In this document: in pieces, positions 28,484 to 42,200 of the stretch
Position numbering within the stretch: position 1 is the stretch's first letter
How the letters are laid out: every line of letters begins with the position of its first letter
From: Christensenellaceae bacterium
GTDB taxonomy: Bacteria > Bacillota > Clostridia > Christensenellales > DTU072
Length of the DNA stretch: 64,000 nt
Direction of reading: 5' to 3'
Assembly: GCA_031259965.1 (NCBI GenBank)
Contig: JAIRKT010000022.1
Coordinates: 17,997-81,996 of the forward strand
Notes under the pieces: generated by a model
Databases searched by the model: none
Seen by the model: only the letters and a program-made list of their open reading frames with translations
What the model was told of the DNA's origin: nothing
Made by a program: the position numbers and the translations under genes

Positions 28484-29148
28484 TCAGTCACCCTAGGTCT
28501 TATCAAATAGTTCAATGTAAAATAGAATTTAGCGCCTACATATTTTAAATCAGAAAAGGTAGAAGGTGGATAGGTAAAGTCGCCAGCAGTCCATTGTTCG
28601 TATGAATTTTTTGGCAAATAAATTATTTTTAAAGTAAACTCGTTATTTCCATCACGCACAGCATATGGCTCACTATCGCTTAGTCGTGCTACAATATTAG
28701 ATGAATTAATGTAGTATTCGGTTTCGTCATTATCTAACAACCTGAATGTAAAGTAGTTATCACTAACTGATGATGAAATAATATATTTAGAAGTATCAGC
28801 AAGTGTGCCATGTGTCGCTACGAAATTATCTAAATTAATTGATAATGTGCAATTCAAGTTTGAAGTATTACTTACAATGTTTATATTAACCCCGACAAAA
28901 AACGGCGCGTCCTTAGTGCCAGGGCTACCCAGGCCAGTTTCACCCGCATATCCAAGGGACTCAATTAAACTCGAGCTCAAATTAGCGGTTAGAGGTGTTT
29001 GAGAAGTTATAGAGGTGTCACTAGTATCTATTTCTGCGTTTTTATAAAACCAAGCAAAAGATGTCACTAAGGCGGTTGCAATCATAATGATTAATGTGAA
29101 AGGTATTATAAGGTGTTTAAATAGTTCAGCTCTTAAAAATTTGCCCAT
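28480..29148 (-). CDS. Small secreted beta-rich protein with SipW/TasA-class signal motif (222 aa)
   Basis: The ATG immediately follows the giant gene's TAA (TAAATG). The N-terminus is ...IIPFTLIIMIATALVTSFAWFYKN. Confidence 0.72.
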   Translation of the reverse strand: MGKFLRAELFKHLIIPFTLIIMIATALVTSFAWFYKNAEIDTSDTSITSQTPLTANLSSSLIESLGYAGETGLGSPGTKDAPFFVGVNINIVSNTSNLNCTLSINLDNFVATHGTLADTSKYIISSSVSDNYFTFRLLDNDETEYYINSSNIVARLSDSEPYAVRDGNNEFTLKIIYLPKNSYEQWTAGDFTYPPSTFSDLKYVGAKFYFTLNYLIRPRVTE

Positions 29149-30290
29149 TTAACCACCACCGCTACGTTTTTTTATTATAACCAGCTGACCAGATGTGTCT
29201 AAAAATACAGGAATATCTGTGGAGACATCTGAACTGTAAATAGCGTATCCATTCGTAATATAGGATTCACCATAGTATGTGCCTGTGCTTTGCAGATTGT
29301 ACGTCTCATAAGGGATTATGATGTCGTTTAGTAGTTCAAATGAAGCCCAACTATATATTTGCATTAATACTAATTGTCTAAAGTTCGAAATCTTTAGGGG
29401 GTTCGAACTTGTACCAGCTGAGATCGATGTGTCTGCTAAGAGATAAGATTTTAAAAGATTTGAATGCAAAAGATTTATTAAACTTGTGTAATTTGCACCC
29501 GCTTGATATTGTGAATAAGTAAGGGCATAAGTCTCATCTAGAGAAAGAATTGAATCGTTTAATGAAATTGAGTTTTTAAGATAATTACCATTAATTGTAA
29601 GAATCTCCGTATCGTATGAACCAACCAACCCATCGACTGATAAACTAGTTGTTTTTGAACTAATTGTTATATCTACAAAACTATAGATACTATCAAATAA
29701 TAACGGTTCTATAGAATCTGTAAAATATTTACCAATAAGAGATCCAACTGCAAAATCTGGAAAATCAGAGTCAAAAGTGCTTTTAACAAACATATAACCT
29801 ACAGCTTCTATATTTGCGAATGTTGAGTTAGATGAATAACCAGCAATTGACCCAGCATACAACTCAGATTCACCTGAGGTTATAAAGATAGTGCCTTGGA
29901 AAGAAATATTAAAAACATCTGAATCATTTATAGTGCCAGCAACACTGCCCACGCGCGAGCTATTTGATGATATTGTAGCGTTTCTTAATACTAAATTAGT
30001 AACAACACCGCCATTTATGCTTTTGAATAAGCCCGCGCCATCGACATATAAATTAGAGATAGTGTAACCACCACCGTCATATGTGCCTGTTAAATTCTCA
30101 GCTGGGATATAAATTGAACCATTATACGCATCAATCCCATCGATATCCGCTTTTTGATAAATAACATAATTTACACCATCTTCTGTTAGACCATCTACTA
30201 AATATCTAAGATTCAGGAGTTCATTTAAATTCTTTACATAAAACTCGTGGGTTTCTGCATTTTTTATTTCAAAACCAACAATCCTTATAA
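29149..30290 (-). other. C-terminal GLUG-motif module of the 4,735-aa protein (approximate bounds)
   Basis: LTGTYDGGGYTISNLYVDGAGLFKSINGGVVTNLVLRNATISSNSSRVGSVAGTI..., LYAGSIAGYSSNS and FAVGSLIGKYF. These are the F-x-G-x-fDG-x-GytIsnL plus repeated G-x-hAG/GLUG pattern (PF07581-like). Confidence 0.55.
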
Positions 30291-33200
30291 ATGGTAAATT
30301 ATATGTATAGTTATTTATTATATCAGTGGTTTCTCCGTTCAATGAAATATTAAAGTAGTAGTAAGGAGGCAGATTTTTGCTGGCGTAATCAGTGCGCCAT
30401 GTTATATTATCAACAGTAAGAGATGAGAGCTCCGCTTTAAGCGTGTTGAATTCATTATCTAATATTGTGTCACCACTGTTATAGGCATTTGTTATTGAAT
30501 CTAAGATAACATCTTGTATGTCGCTTATTTGTGTTACATTATCAAGCGATTGCAATGTGTTTAAATATGCTATGTTAACCTTGCGTTTTAGTATATCATA
30601 ACCGGTGTTATTGTTAATTATGTTAAATGTATAATTAGAATTGTTATCGCCGTCTTTTGACGAGAAGTCTTCGAGGACTTTTAGTATATGAGAGCCAGCA
30701 TTTGTTGCAAGCGTATTTGTATCAGCGCTATAAACTACACCCACAGCTCCCGATATCTGGTTGCCTGCGACCAGGTTATTAGAGAATGTGAAAGTTAGAG
30801 GAACGTAACTAGAATCAACTTTATCTAATTTTTCAAAAGTTGTTTTTGAATCATATATTTTGCTAAGAGAGCTTAAAATCGTAACACTAATCACACGTTT
30901 TGTTATATACCAGGCTCTGCTTAATTGTGGGATTGTGAACGAATAATTAGAGAGTCTATCGTAGTCTGCGATGTTATGGAAACTTACAGATGAGGTATAA
31001 TTATTGCTTGCTATGAATGAATATCCTAACCTTTCAATCTGAATATATGGAATGTCAGATGACTCAATGCCAGTGATAGTTGCGTTGTAAGTTTTAGTTG
31101 TCCCATCGTATTCAAATGAATTTGTAGAAGGGTATGAAATATTTAATGGTTTTTGAGTGATAGTTCCAGGGATACTATATATAATGTAATTCAACGCATC
31201 AGTTCCTGTTAAATTAAAGGTCAGTGTATTCGCTAAATCAACAAAAGGAGAATTAAATGAAGCAGTAGCAAATATGCTCGTGCCTGTGATTGGTTTATAA
31301 TCATTATCTTGACTACTAGATGCAGAAACTTCTGTGTCTAAAGAGAATGCAGTGAATGAAGCACTCGCGTCATATACTTTGGTTGGAGCAGCTAGTCCAG
31401 ACGTGAGAATTATTCGTAATTCCTTTGGCTGGATAGTAAACTTGATATTAACACTAGGCACTATACCTGTAGTATAATCGCAGTCTGTTGAATCAGTAGA
31501 GGCTGCATTAGATAGTGCAAACACGACATTATAGACCCCAGCATTACGAAGCCCGCCTTCACTTAGATATGAACTGAAGGTGCACTCTAGCAATGCAGTA
31601 TCTTCACCTTCTTTATAAATCAGAACGCTTATGTCTTGTGCATTAGTCTGAGCAGGCAGGTTAGTGACAAATTGATTAAGCGAATTGAAAACTACAGTTT
31701 GAGGTGACGCATTATCAATGATTACACCTGTAAATGATTTGCTTACTCTAAACTCCTTTATAACATGATTATAGAAACCAGTGAAACTCGACGATGTTTT
31801 AGGTAGCGTACTATCTACTGTGTCGTGAGTTACAGAGACTAAAGAGATTAAATCATTCGCGTTTTCTTCGAAATATGTTGCGTTGTATCCATCGCCCTCA
31901 GTTGTAAAGGCAAAGTTAGCACTCTCACTGCCTGTAAATGAGAATAGTGCCCAGTAGAGTCCAGCGTGTACAGGACCCGTGCTAGATAGCGCCAACTGAT
32001 GATCAGCGTGGTAAGTAGCAGATTCGCCAATGCCACATGAGCAAAGTCCAACAAAAGCAATAGTTAAATTTATATCATTAATAGAGTTATAAAAGGAATC
32101 ATTAACAGCACTAATTGCAATTGTATGAGCCGCTCCATTATATATCATTCCAGTTGAACCCCATGTGTAGACTGCATTGGAATATGTCACTTCAATATTA
32201 GTAATATCTATAGCATATGGGTTTATTGTGTATGCTAAACTCGCGGTTGAATCTAAAAGATAATTGATATAATCATCTGTATCATAATTGATTATGGCCG
32301 TTGCAGTGTGATAGCCTGCATCGCGATTTGAATTGTTGTCTAAATTTAGAGTTATTGTATCGCCAGTGCAAACGCCATTTGTTGAATTAGATTGTGCCGT
32401 GATAGTTTGAGTTTCACCATTAAATGTAAGTGGTGATGAGTAGTTCCAACTAACACTGATTGTTTTAGCGCTAATTGTTATTGTAATATAGTCTGGTTGT
32501 GTTAGAATATAGTTGGACGAAGCTTCCCCCTCTAGGGTTATAGCACTAACAACTGCTTTATCTATGCCTACATTTTTATCAGTTGATGCGGTGTTGAGAG
32601 AAAACGAAATGAGGTCTGTATCAATTGTCTCAATGCCTACAAGGGTGCCACCAGTGAGTTGAACACTAGTTGTGCCATCGTATATTCTGTTGGTTGCAGT
32701 AACGCCATTTATAGTAATTGTTTTTGCATAAATAGAACCTGTAAATGTGAAGGTAAAATTATTTTCGGTTTCATCTCCTACAATAATATCGTTTATGTTA
32801 CTTGATGCTAGTCTATAATTTTTTCCATCATTATCGCTAATTGATAGTGTGATGGTTATATTAGAAGAGGCTGAAACATTTTTGTTTGCGAAGTTAGATG
32901 AGATGATTGTATAATCCTCGCCAGTGACTAGAGGGTCAATGGTAAAATGCGATCCACTAGTAATAGCGGCATCTGAATTACCATTATATTCTTTAGAGTA
33001 AGGACTGCCTTTGGTGACTTGCAGCACGAGAGGAGTGATTGACGCTTCAAAATCAATATAGGTGCTAGTCAAATTATAGTCTGCAATCCAGTAATCTAGA
33101 GAACTTGACTGGAGTGATTGTATAGTGAAGGTTACTTTAGTAGCTGATACATTTTTTGTATCGTACTCTGGCGTGCCATATAAAATGTCAAAGTAAGTTT

Positions 33201-36200
33201 CTTCACCCGGTGCAAACCCTGAGAGTTGGTAATAGCTTTTTGTTAAGGTGGTTGTTGTTTGTTTATTCCCATTATAGGTTTTGCTAATCACAGGATGAGA
33301 CTCGAGTGCTGTAGCAGTGACAGGGGCTGGGTTTATTTTAGCTGGCACAGTATCGTTTATTCCTACAAAGGTATAGTTTGTGGTTGGGTAGCTAGTTGTG
33401 TTTGTGCTAATTAGTGAGGATGTTACAAAAGTAACATGAGTAGCATCTGTATGCCGAGAATTATAAACAGGTGCAGTAAATGAAGCGTCGTAGTATGAAA
33501 CTTCGCTTGGTAGTAAACCAGATAAGGTGTAGAAACCATCTTTTGCAAAAACAATAGCTGTAGGCAGGGCAGTAGTACCATCATAATATTTTGTAATGCT
33601 AGCATAATCCTTGTTAACTTTTATGCTGACAGCTAATGGCAGGATTGATCCGACATTTGCAAGTGTTAAAATTTTATTAGATAACATTGAAGATGGGGAT
33701 ATTGTCATTGTATAGTTTGAAGATTTAGCGCCAGTTAATTGGGGGTTATTAATTGTAATTGTCTTGTTATTTGCTGCATGTTTAGTATCATAGCTAGGCG
33801 TACCGCTAATATCAATTAAGTCCTCTCCACAAATGCCAGTCAAAACATATCCAGCGAGTGCGCTTTGAGTGTTGCCATCATAATTTTTAAGAACTGAATT
33901 AGCAGTACCTAGTGTTAAAACAATAGTAGCCTGTATAATCTCCCAGTCAAGTTGTCTATTATATGTCGTAACAGTATAATTGTTAATGTCACCAGGATTT
34001 TCAGCATGACTTGAATAAATTACTGTGACTTCAGCCTTGTACTGTCCAACATCGGTTTTTTTGTTGTTTGTATAGCTATAGTTAGCGGATAGTTTTTCGG
34101 CCCCTATTCCTGTGAAATATTCAGTAAGAGGCACACTTACTATTTTTTCGCTACTGTCGTAGGTAAATGAATCCGTATAATCCCATTTGATAGTAATGCC
34201 TACTGGACATTTAGTAACTTCTGCATCATATTGCAGGATTGTTTGTGTATAACTAAAGTTAGAGGCTTTGAAGCCACTACCAGCTACTAGAGTATTAAAT
34301 GTAACACTCAGAATGTTGTTTGCATAGCTTACGTTTTTGTTAGCGAAAGTTTTTGATGATATGTTAATATCACTAAGTTCGTTTTTTAAAGTTGCAGACA
34401 AAACCACACCATCGGCTTTGATTAAATAGTCTGTATCTTTTATAGGCGGAGTTCCTGAATAGTCAGTGCCGCCATCATATGTCATAGTAAATTTTTTGTT
34501 TGAAATCTTTTCTATTGTTATTTGTGCTGGGTTAATGAGGCCCAATATAGTAGCGTCACTTGCTATTGTATAATTCTTAGTTATAGAGGGATCGCCTGTT
34601 AAACTAATATTTTCAAGATAGAGATCAATAGGTGTAGCACTCGCGTCTTTACTAGAATATTTGCCACTTCCTATTGAAATCTGAATTGCTTCATTATTAT
34701 GAATGTTTGATAGAGTATAATGGGTATTGCGTATAATATTGCTTATATTAACCTGCGTCGTGCCGTCATAACTTTTTACAACAGGTGAGGTAGATTGCAT
34801 AGTAACTAGAATTACTCTCTGTATAATATTAAAGTAGTATGCGTCATCTATAAATTCTGTATAATAATTTGTAGCTATGAAGGTACCAGACGAGGATAGT
34901 TCAAACGATCCAATATTATAGGCATAAGGACCAACGTCTTCGCCTTCTGCTCTTGATAATGAGCCTGTATAACTTAAAACTTCACCAGTTATTATGCCTG
35001 ATACGCTAAATGTGTAAGCGGATCCTGATTGAGATGATGGATCTGGGGAGCCATAAATTTTTTGCTGGCCAGCCGAGGGTGTAATGGTAATAAGTTTTGG
35101 TGTAATACTAGCGCTAAACCAAAACTCAGTGTTATTAGTGAGTCCAATGCCTGTAGCACCATCAGCTAGAGTTAATAAATAATTAGTGTTTTTGTCAGTT
35201 TGATCTGAACTGTCTTGAATAGATATAACAACAATAACTCTTTGGTCAGTAACTATGACGTCTTTTGCAAAAAATTGTGCACTAACCTGAGTTAGCGTGT
35301 CACCACTAATGAGAGATTCAATTGAATAATGATTTGACGAGAGATTAACAACAGTGTTTGTTGTCCCGTCATATGGCTTCGAATATGGGATTCCTTTTGA
35401 TAGAGTAATAGGTTTTCGGGTTATAGTGCCATATATTTTGAATGTATATGGATTCTGGGTTTCACTGCCTACAGATACAACACCAGCATTTTCTAGTGTA
35501 TAGTTCTTACCATTATTGCCATCAGTTATACTAAAAGTAATTAAAATAAGTTTATATGTTCCAGCATCGACGTTTTCAAAGAGTGCAGAACTCTGGGTCG
35601 CAGTGTCACTCGCCCCCTGATATTCAGCAAGGTTTGCAAAAGAATAATGGGTGTTTTGTAATACTTCTGTCGAACTATTTTTGTTATAAGGTTTAGAATA
35701 GACACTATGTAGTGACTGGTCGTATATTACTTGCAAAGATCTAGGGGTTATGATGCCAGGGATATTAAATGAGTGGTTTAACTCCTGAGTTTTATTATTC
35801 AATGTAATACTAGAGGTGCTAGATGAATCAACTGCTAAAGTATAGTTATTTCCATTATTGTCGTCTGTAATACTAATCAGAACTAATATTGTTTTATTAC
35901 CTACGTTTATGTCAGTGAATGTAGCGGAGACTTGGACTGCCTGATCACTCCCCATAAGCTGTGGAACAGTGTAGTGAGAGGAGGCGAGTGTTACATCTGT
36001 TAGATTATTTTTGTCATAAGTTTTTGTGTAGGGATTACCAGCTGTTAAATATAAAACATATTCAGTTATTTTACCATAGATATTAAATGAAATTTGTGGT
36101 AAGACTTCTGTGCTTAGATTGTAGGCATTTGAACCTAAAACTATGTTATAGTTCGCGCCATTAAAATCATCTGAGATTGTCAAAACTACTTGTATTTTAG

Positions 36201-39200
36201 TGTTTGACTCACCGACATTTGTGTCTGTAAATTTAGCGCTATTTTGGAATGCGGAGTCATTGCCTTGAAAACCATCTAACGAATAGTGACCTGATAATGA
36301 GGTTATAGTCGTAGAATCAGTTTTATTATAGACTTTTTCAAATTTTGTGCTAGTAGATCCTGCTATAGTAAGATTTACTTTAGTAATACTGCCTTTTATG
36401 GAAAAGGCATAAACAGGAGAGGCACTTTGAACTATCGTCCCACTTCCTGCCACCAAGTTGTAATTACCAGAAGTGGAGTCATCTTGAATGCTGAGATTTA
36501 TGAAAATATCCTTATTTGAGCCCACATTCTTGTCTCCAAACAGAGCTTGTGTTTGGCTGACTAATGTGGTGTCACCTGTTGCAATGTTAACTAATGTGTA
36601 ATAAGCATTGTTATATGTAATGAGAGTTGTTAGATTATCATCATATGGTTTTGAATAGTTAGATGAAGTTGCACTAACAGTTAATTCGCGTTTTAGAATA
36701 TTGGCGGCTAGTGTGAATGTTAATGTGCTAGTTTCAACTGCCAAAATATTTGAGCCTTTAACAAGCGTGTAATTGCTGTTTGTAACCTCATTGGTTCCTG
36801 TTGCTTTTATGGTAAGCACTACAGTTAAAACTTTAGAAGTACCTACATGTTTGGTGTCAAATGTCGCAATGTGAGAGGATGACTCGATCAGCGGAATATT
36901 TGACATTGTATAATGTGTAGTAATACTAAAGGCATCAGCTGTTGTCGTTGAATCATATGTTTTTTCAAACAATGCGGCTCTAGTTATAGTTATAGCAAGT
37001 GGTGTAATTGTACCTTTTAATGTAAAAGCAGGATTAACGCCTGTTGCGTTAGTAACTATTAACGCTGTAGAAGTGTCTGCAACCATATTGTAATTGTCAC
37101 CACTATTACCATCTGAAATTGTGACTATCACGGAAATATCTTTGTTTGTGCCCACGTTTTTGTTATCAAAATATGCAGAATATGTTTGTTGAAAGGAGTC
37201 ACTACCATATGAACTATTAGCAAATCCTGTAATTTCATAATGAGTATTTGCAGTGATTGCGGCGGAATTTGTGCCATCATACGGTTTGGTATAAGGATTT
37301 TTAGCTTTAGCAGTGAGAGTTTTCTGCGTAATCGTGCCATTAACTATAAAGGAAAATTGGTTACCTGATAGTGGGCTAATCGTATTAACAGAAGAGTTTG
37401 CAGCGGTTAATGTATAGTTGTTACCATTATTACCATCAGATATAGAGAAAATTACTTTAATTTCTCTCACTCCAACGTTATAATTTTGAAAATTCGATGA
37501 AACATAACTAGCGGAATCGCCTGGTTTAAATCCAGTTATTGTATAGTTGGTAGGCGAATTAAAAGAGGGCGTATTATAATCCTTGTTATACTCTTTTGTG
37601 TAATTAGTGGCTTTTGTAATTGTCAAAGAAACACTAAATATTGTACCCTTTAATATAAAACTATGAGAGTTTGCGGTCGCTCCCCCAGATGTTGCGGTTC
37701 CATTAACTAATTTGTAATTAGCGCCTGGGGTAGGATTACCATCATTAAAATTAACTAAAACAGTAATATTTTTGTCAGTACCTACATTTTTGTTGTCAAA
37801 CAAAGCTGATACAAATATTGGATATTCAGATTCAATTGTGTTTGCATATGAATAATGAGTATTAAGGGTTACTGAGGCTATGTTATCTCCATTATAATCG
37901 CGAGAATAGGGAGTACCAGCGTTCACAGTAATTTGTCTGACAGTTATATCACCTTTTATTGTAAATGTGTAATTTGTATTTGACGTGCCTGTGACTGTGC
38001 TAGTGTTAGTGCCGACTGCAGGCGCATAATTTGCGCCAGAATTACCATCATTAATAGAAAATAGGGCGGTTATTGTTTTATCAGTGCCTACATGTTTTGA
38101 ATCGTATGTAGGAGTTGATCTGAGAGTGAAAGTATCATCAGCGCTTACAAGGCCTGCTACTGTGTAATTGGTGTTTAGAGCAATACTAGCATTAGTATTT
38201 GCGTCATATACCTTTATAAACCTCGTAGTATAATTGATCGAAAGTGATGCTTTGTTTATAACCCCACTGATTGTAAATGAGTGAGAGTTAGTACTGTTTG
38301 TAATACCACTAATTCCTGTGCCAGCTAGATTATAGTTTTTATCCTCACTGCCATTTCCTATATTAAAAACAACAGTAATAGTGTTTGTGCCTGCGTTTTT
38401 TGTATTAAAAGTAGCGGACACATGAGTGGCTGTTGTGCTAATTAAATCTGTTACTTTGTAGTACCCCGTATCAGACAGGGTAAAGCCCTCAGCGACATTA
38501 AGCCCATTATATGTTTTGGAATAACCCTTTAGAATTTGCACATAAATATTTTTCTTATTAATAACCCCATTAGTTACGCTCCAATCTTGTATAACTTGCG
38601 AAGCGTTACCTAAATAATAATTACGCTGATCTTTGTGCACACTAAGGCCTGTATATTTAACAGTCAAATTTTGACCTACGTCTTTTGTAGGATTTCCTTG
38701 ATTATCATAATATATGCCGCTAGAGCCAGCTCCAGTGATCGCAAGCTGAGTGTCACCAGCTACCCATCCGTTAATGGTGAGATTATATGGGGCAGTTGTG
38801 TTACCGTCATACGTTTTTGTGGGACCAGGTGTGGCGTTTGCAACAGATAGTGGTTTTTTTGTTATTGTAATCTTGAGCTCAACAGAGCCATTTTCTCTAG
38901 CTCCGTACTGTGGAATGCTGAGTCCATCAAGAAAGAGCATTCCATCACCAAATTTTCTAGCGTATAGTAGTTTACCAGAAGTGCGGCTTTTCGCATAATC
39001 CATTGTGTCATAAAGTTCAATTGCATAATAACCATTACTGTTATAATGTGTTGAAGCCTCTTTGTTTAAAAGAGTGTAAGATGCAGAAGAGTTAACACTC
39101 CCATTAACAGGTGTGGGTGCGCCACTTTTATCAGTTTCGATTATCGATATTGAACTAACAATTGAAAGAGTTGTAAATGAAGTGTTTTCAAATTTATATG

Positions 39201-42200
39201 TTACTACAATATCCTTTTTGTCATAGACTTTAGAGTATGATAAAGTGGAAATTTCTGGATATTCTGCATTAGCTTGTTGTGTTAATGTGGCTATACTGCC
39301 ATTGTCTACTAATTGAACATAGGCTTCTGTATAATACATAGCATGTCCTTTTGGAATAGAAGCTTGGGATTTTGGGAAAAAGACAGGCCATGAGGTTGCG
39401 ACAGCGTCATATATTAAATAGATAGTCCCTCCATTATCAATAGCGGAAAAACAAACATCTTCACCAGAATCCATACTATATGTTGTAAAGATAATACCAT
39501 CTTTGATTGAGTTATATGTGACCCTAGGTGTATAGGAGCTAGCAAGTTTGTTGGTTCCAACGTATATATTATTTATCGCGACTCTTTTGTTGTTGCTTGT
39601 GCTACCAGAGTTAATTGCCACTAAAGTGTCAGCTGTGCCTATCCAGTGCTTGAGGCTACTGGTGCCTACATCTAAAGTGTCGGGTAAATTATAGGTAAAC
39701 ATTTGTACCTGGCCATTTTTGACTTTGGTATCATTAAAGGGATCTTCAACGTTAAACGCGCGAATATATCGTTTAGTTGCGATTGTTGGATTTGTGCTGG
39801 TTCTATAATCTGTATTTATATGATCCAACATGGCTTCAACAAAGGATGTGGAGTCTGGATAAACAGTTGCAATACGTGTATTAAGGCCTTCAGGAACGTA
39901 AATATTTATGGCAACTCCAAAAACGTCGCTGTTATTATTAAAGGTACAACCTTCCATTTTACGTCCAATAAAAAGTCCAGCACCATGGGGTGCATTACCA
40001 TCCATAGAACCAGAAAAACCCTTACTACCAGATCGGTTTGAAAGTATTGTGCCTCTAAAATCGTATATGAATCCATCAAGGTTTAATGTTGAATGTACAC
40101 CACTTTCACCATTGCGCGATAAATTTCCAACTATTCCTCCAGCAAAGGAGACAAGATCTCCATTAGCAACAGTCCATTGATATGCGCCTATTAAACTAGT
40201 GGAGGTTCCTTTTATTTTACAGTCTTTCATATAAACCACAAGAGTATTTGCATAACCTCCTGTTTTAGTAGCCATGATTTCGCCGATAAATCCACCAACG
40301 CGCGACCCAAGTTGCTTTGTGCCAAAAACAGCACCTTCAACCCGAGATTCAGTTGCTGCATATAAGGCTACATTTGATGCCATTTCAAAGGTGCAGTTGA
40401 TGATTGATACTGGTGTGTTATGTAGTTGAGAATCGTTGAGAACTTGACCCACGAACCCACCTAGACTAACACCAACACCGCCTTTACTGTCTGTTACATG
40501 ATTTCCAGCAAAAATAACTGATGCGTTTAATTTAACCTTGACATTTTGAATTACCGAATTATTTCTTGAAAGTCCAGTTACAATACCGAATGTCCAGTTC
40601 ATACCATTGACACCTGCTACATTTCCAAGCATTAGGCTTTTATCTACATTTATAGTTAAATCATAAATTTTACCACCCCTTAGTTGACCTGTAAGCAATC
40701 CATGATATGTGTTGGGATATTCTCCGTTCGAATTGCCTTCGCGCTCTAGGCTAGCCAAAAAATTGCCGGTCTCATATGCGTAGTCTGACCAAGGCTTAGT
40801 TGTTGCTACAGGCCAATCGAGATTATATGATATTGTTTTATTGTTGCCATATAAAGAGCCAGTAAACCAATTTTTTGAACTTGACCAGGCATCATAGTTC
40901 TTAGAATTATTGTCGCTGTAATGTTTATCTTGATGTCTCGCTCCGCCGTATGAGATAGATATTTCATTTGCATTCATTAAAGAGTCGTCTGGGTTTCTGT
41001 TATAACCTTTACCAGTTACCACTATATCATTAGCAAGCACATAAATCCCAGCGTGCAGGCCTCTACTGCTAACATTGTTCCACAGATCTTCCTTAGTTGA
41101 GATTTTTGTAACTACAGCTCCTTGTACAGTCAATTCGGCACAAGAAAGATAGTTATTAGTAGTGCTATGATTACTACCATTACCATCCCAGGTGCTTGTG
41201 GCTCTTAATACGACGTATCGCGCTTTGTAGAGCCTTGAGAATGTGATGGGTGTAGTTATAGTATCACGCCCAAAAAATGCTATTCCATTAGCCGGGTTTA
41301 CGCCTTCGTCAAGCTTAAAAAATTTAGTGTTACCTCTTCCTATATTTAGTAAATCTGAATTACTTACATTTGTCGCTGTCCCACCCATATTTTTATCTAT
41401 ATAAATTTCAAATCGATCAATTGTTCCATTGCTGTAACTGTCTGGACGTCTTGTATATGTTATACCTGATACTAATCTTGTTTCTTTTAAGTCAATAACA
41501 ATATAACTGTTAAAGTCAGTGATACGTGTATCGTTTTTACTTCCTGATTGATTGTGCAGGCCATATTCCGAATCGTTGTATCGAGTTTCCCATGAGCTGT
41601 GGTATATAGTGGAATTATTTCCGTCATTAATATTTGAGGCGTTGTAGTTTCCTTGTTCAGAATCAGGAGCGTATGCCACTGAATAATTGGAATAACCACC
41701 AGAGCCATAATAACTACCAGAAACATCCGCTAAATTATACATATCTGTAGATGTGAGGTCACTGGGTTTATCACTTTCAGTGGAACTCTCAAATTCCCAA
41801 TCCGATATTTTAAGTTCACTGAAACTTAGTTGGTGACTCCACGATATTCCATCGGTGTTTGCTATTACCCTTACATAAACATACCTTGTGTAGATCCTTT
41901 CAAAAGTCATATTAATAATAGGGTATAAGGTTCTAGGAGTTAAGAAGACACTTCCAGTATTGTGTTTTGCTATACTAACCGCTTTTGTGGTGGACATAAA
42001 AAAGGACTCGGGTTGCTGATCTAGGGGCATGCAATTTGTGGCGGCTAAAATTTCTACTTCACCTATTACTTCTAAAGTGCTTGGAGTTATCTGCAGTCTT
42101 GAAATTGGACGGACCGCTCCTAAATCTAAAAGGACATATTTAGTAGCACCACCATATACCATATTATGACTCATATTGGCAATTTTTTGAAATTTGTTAT

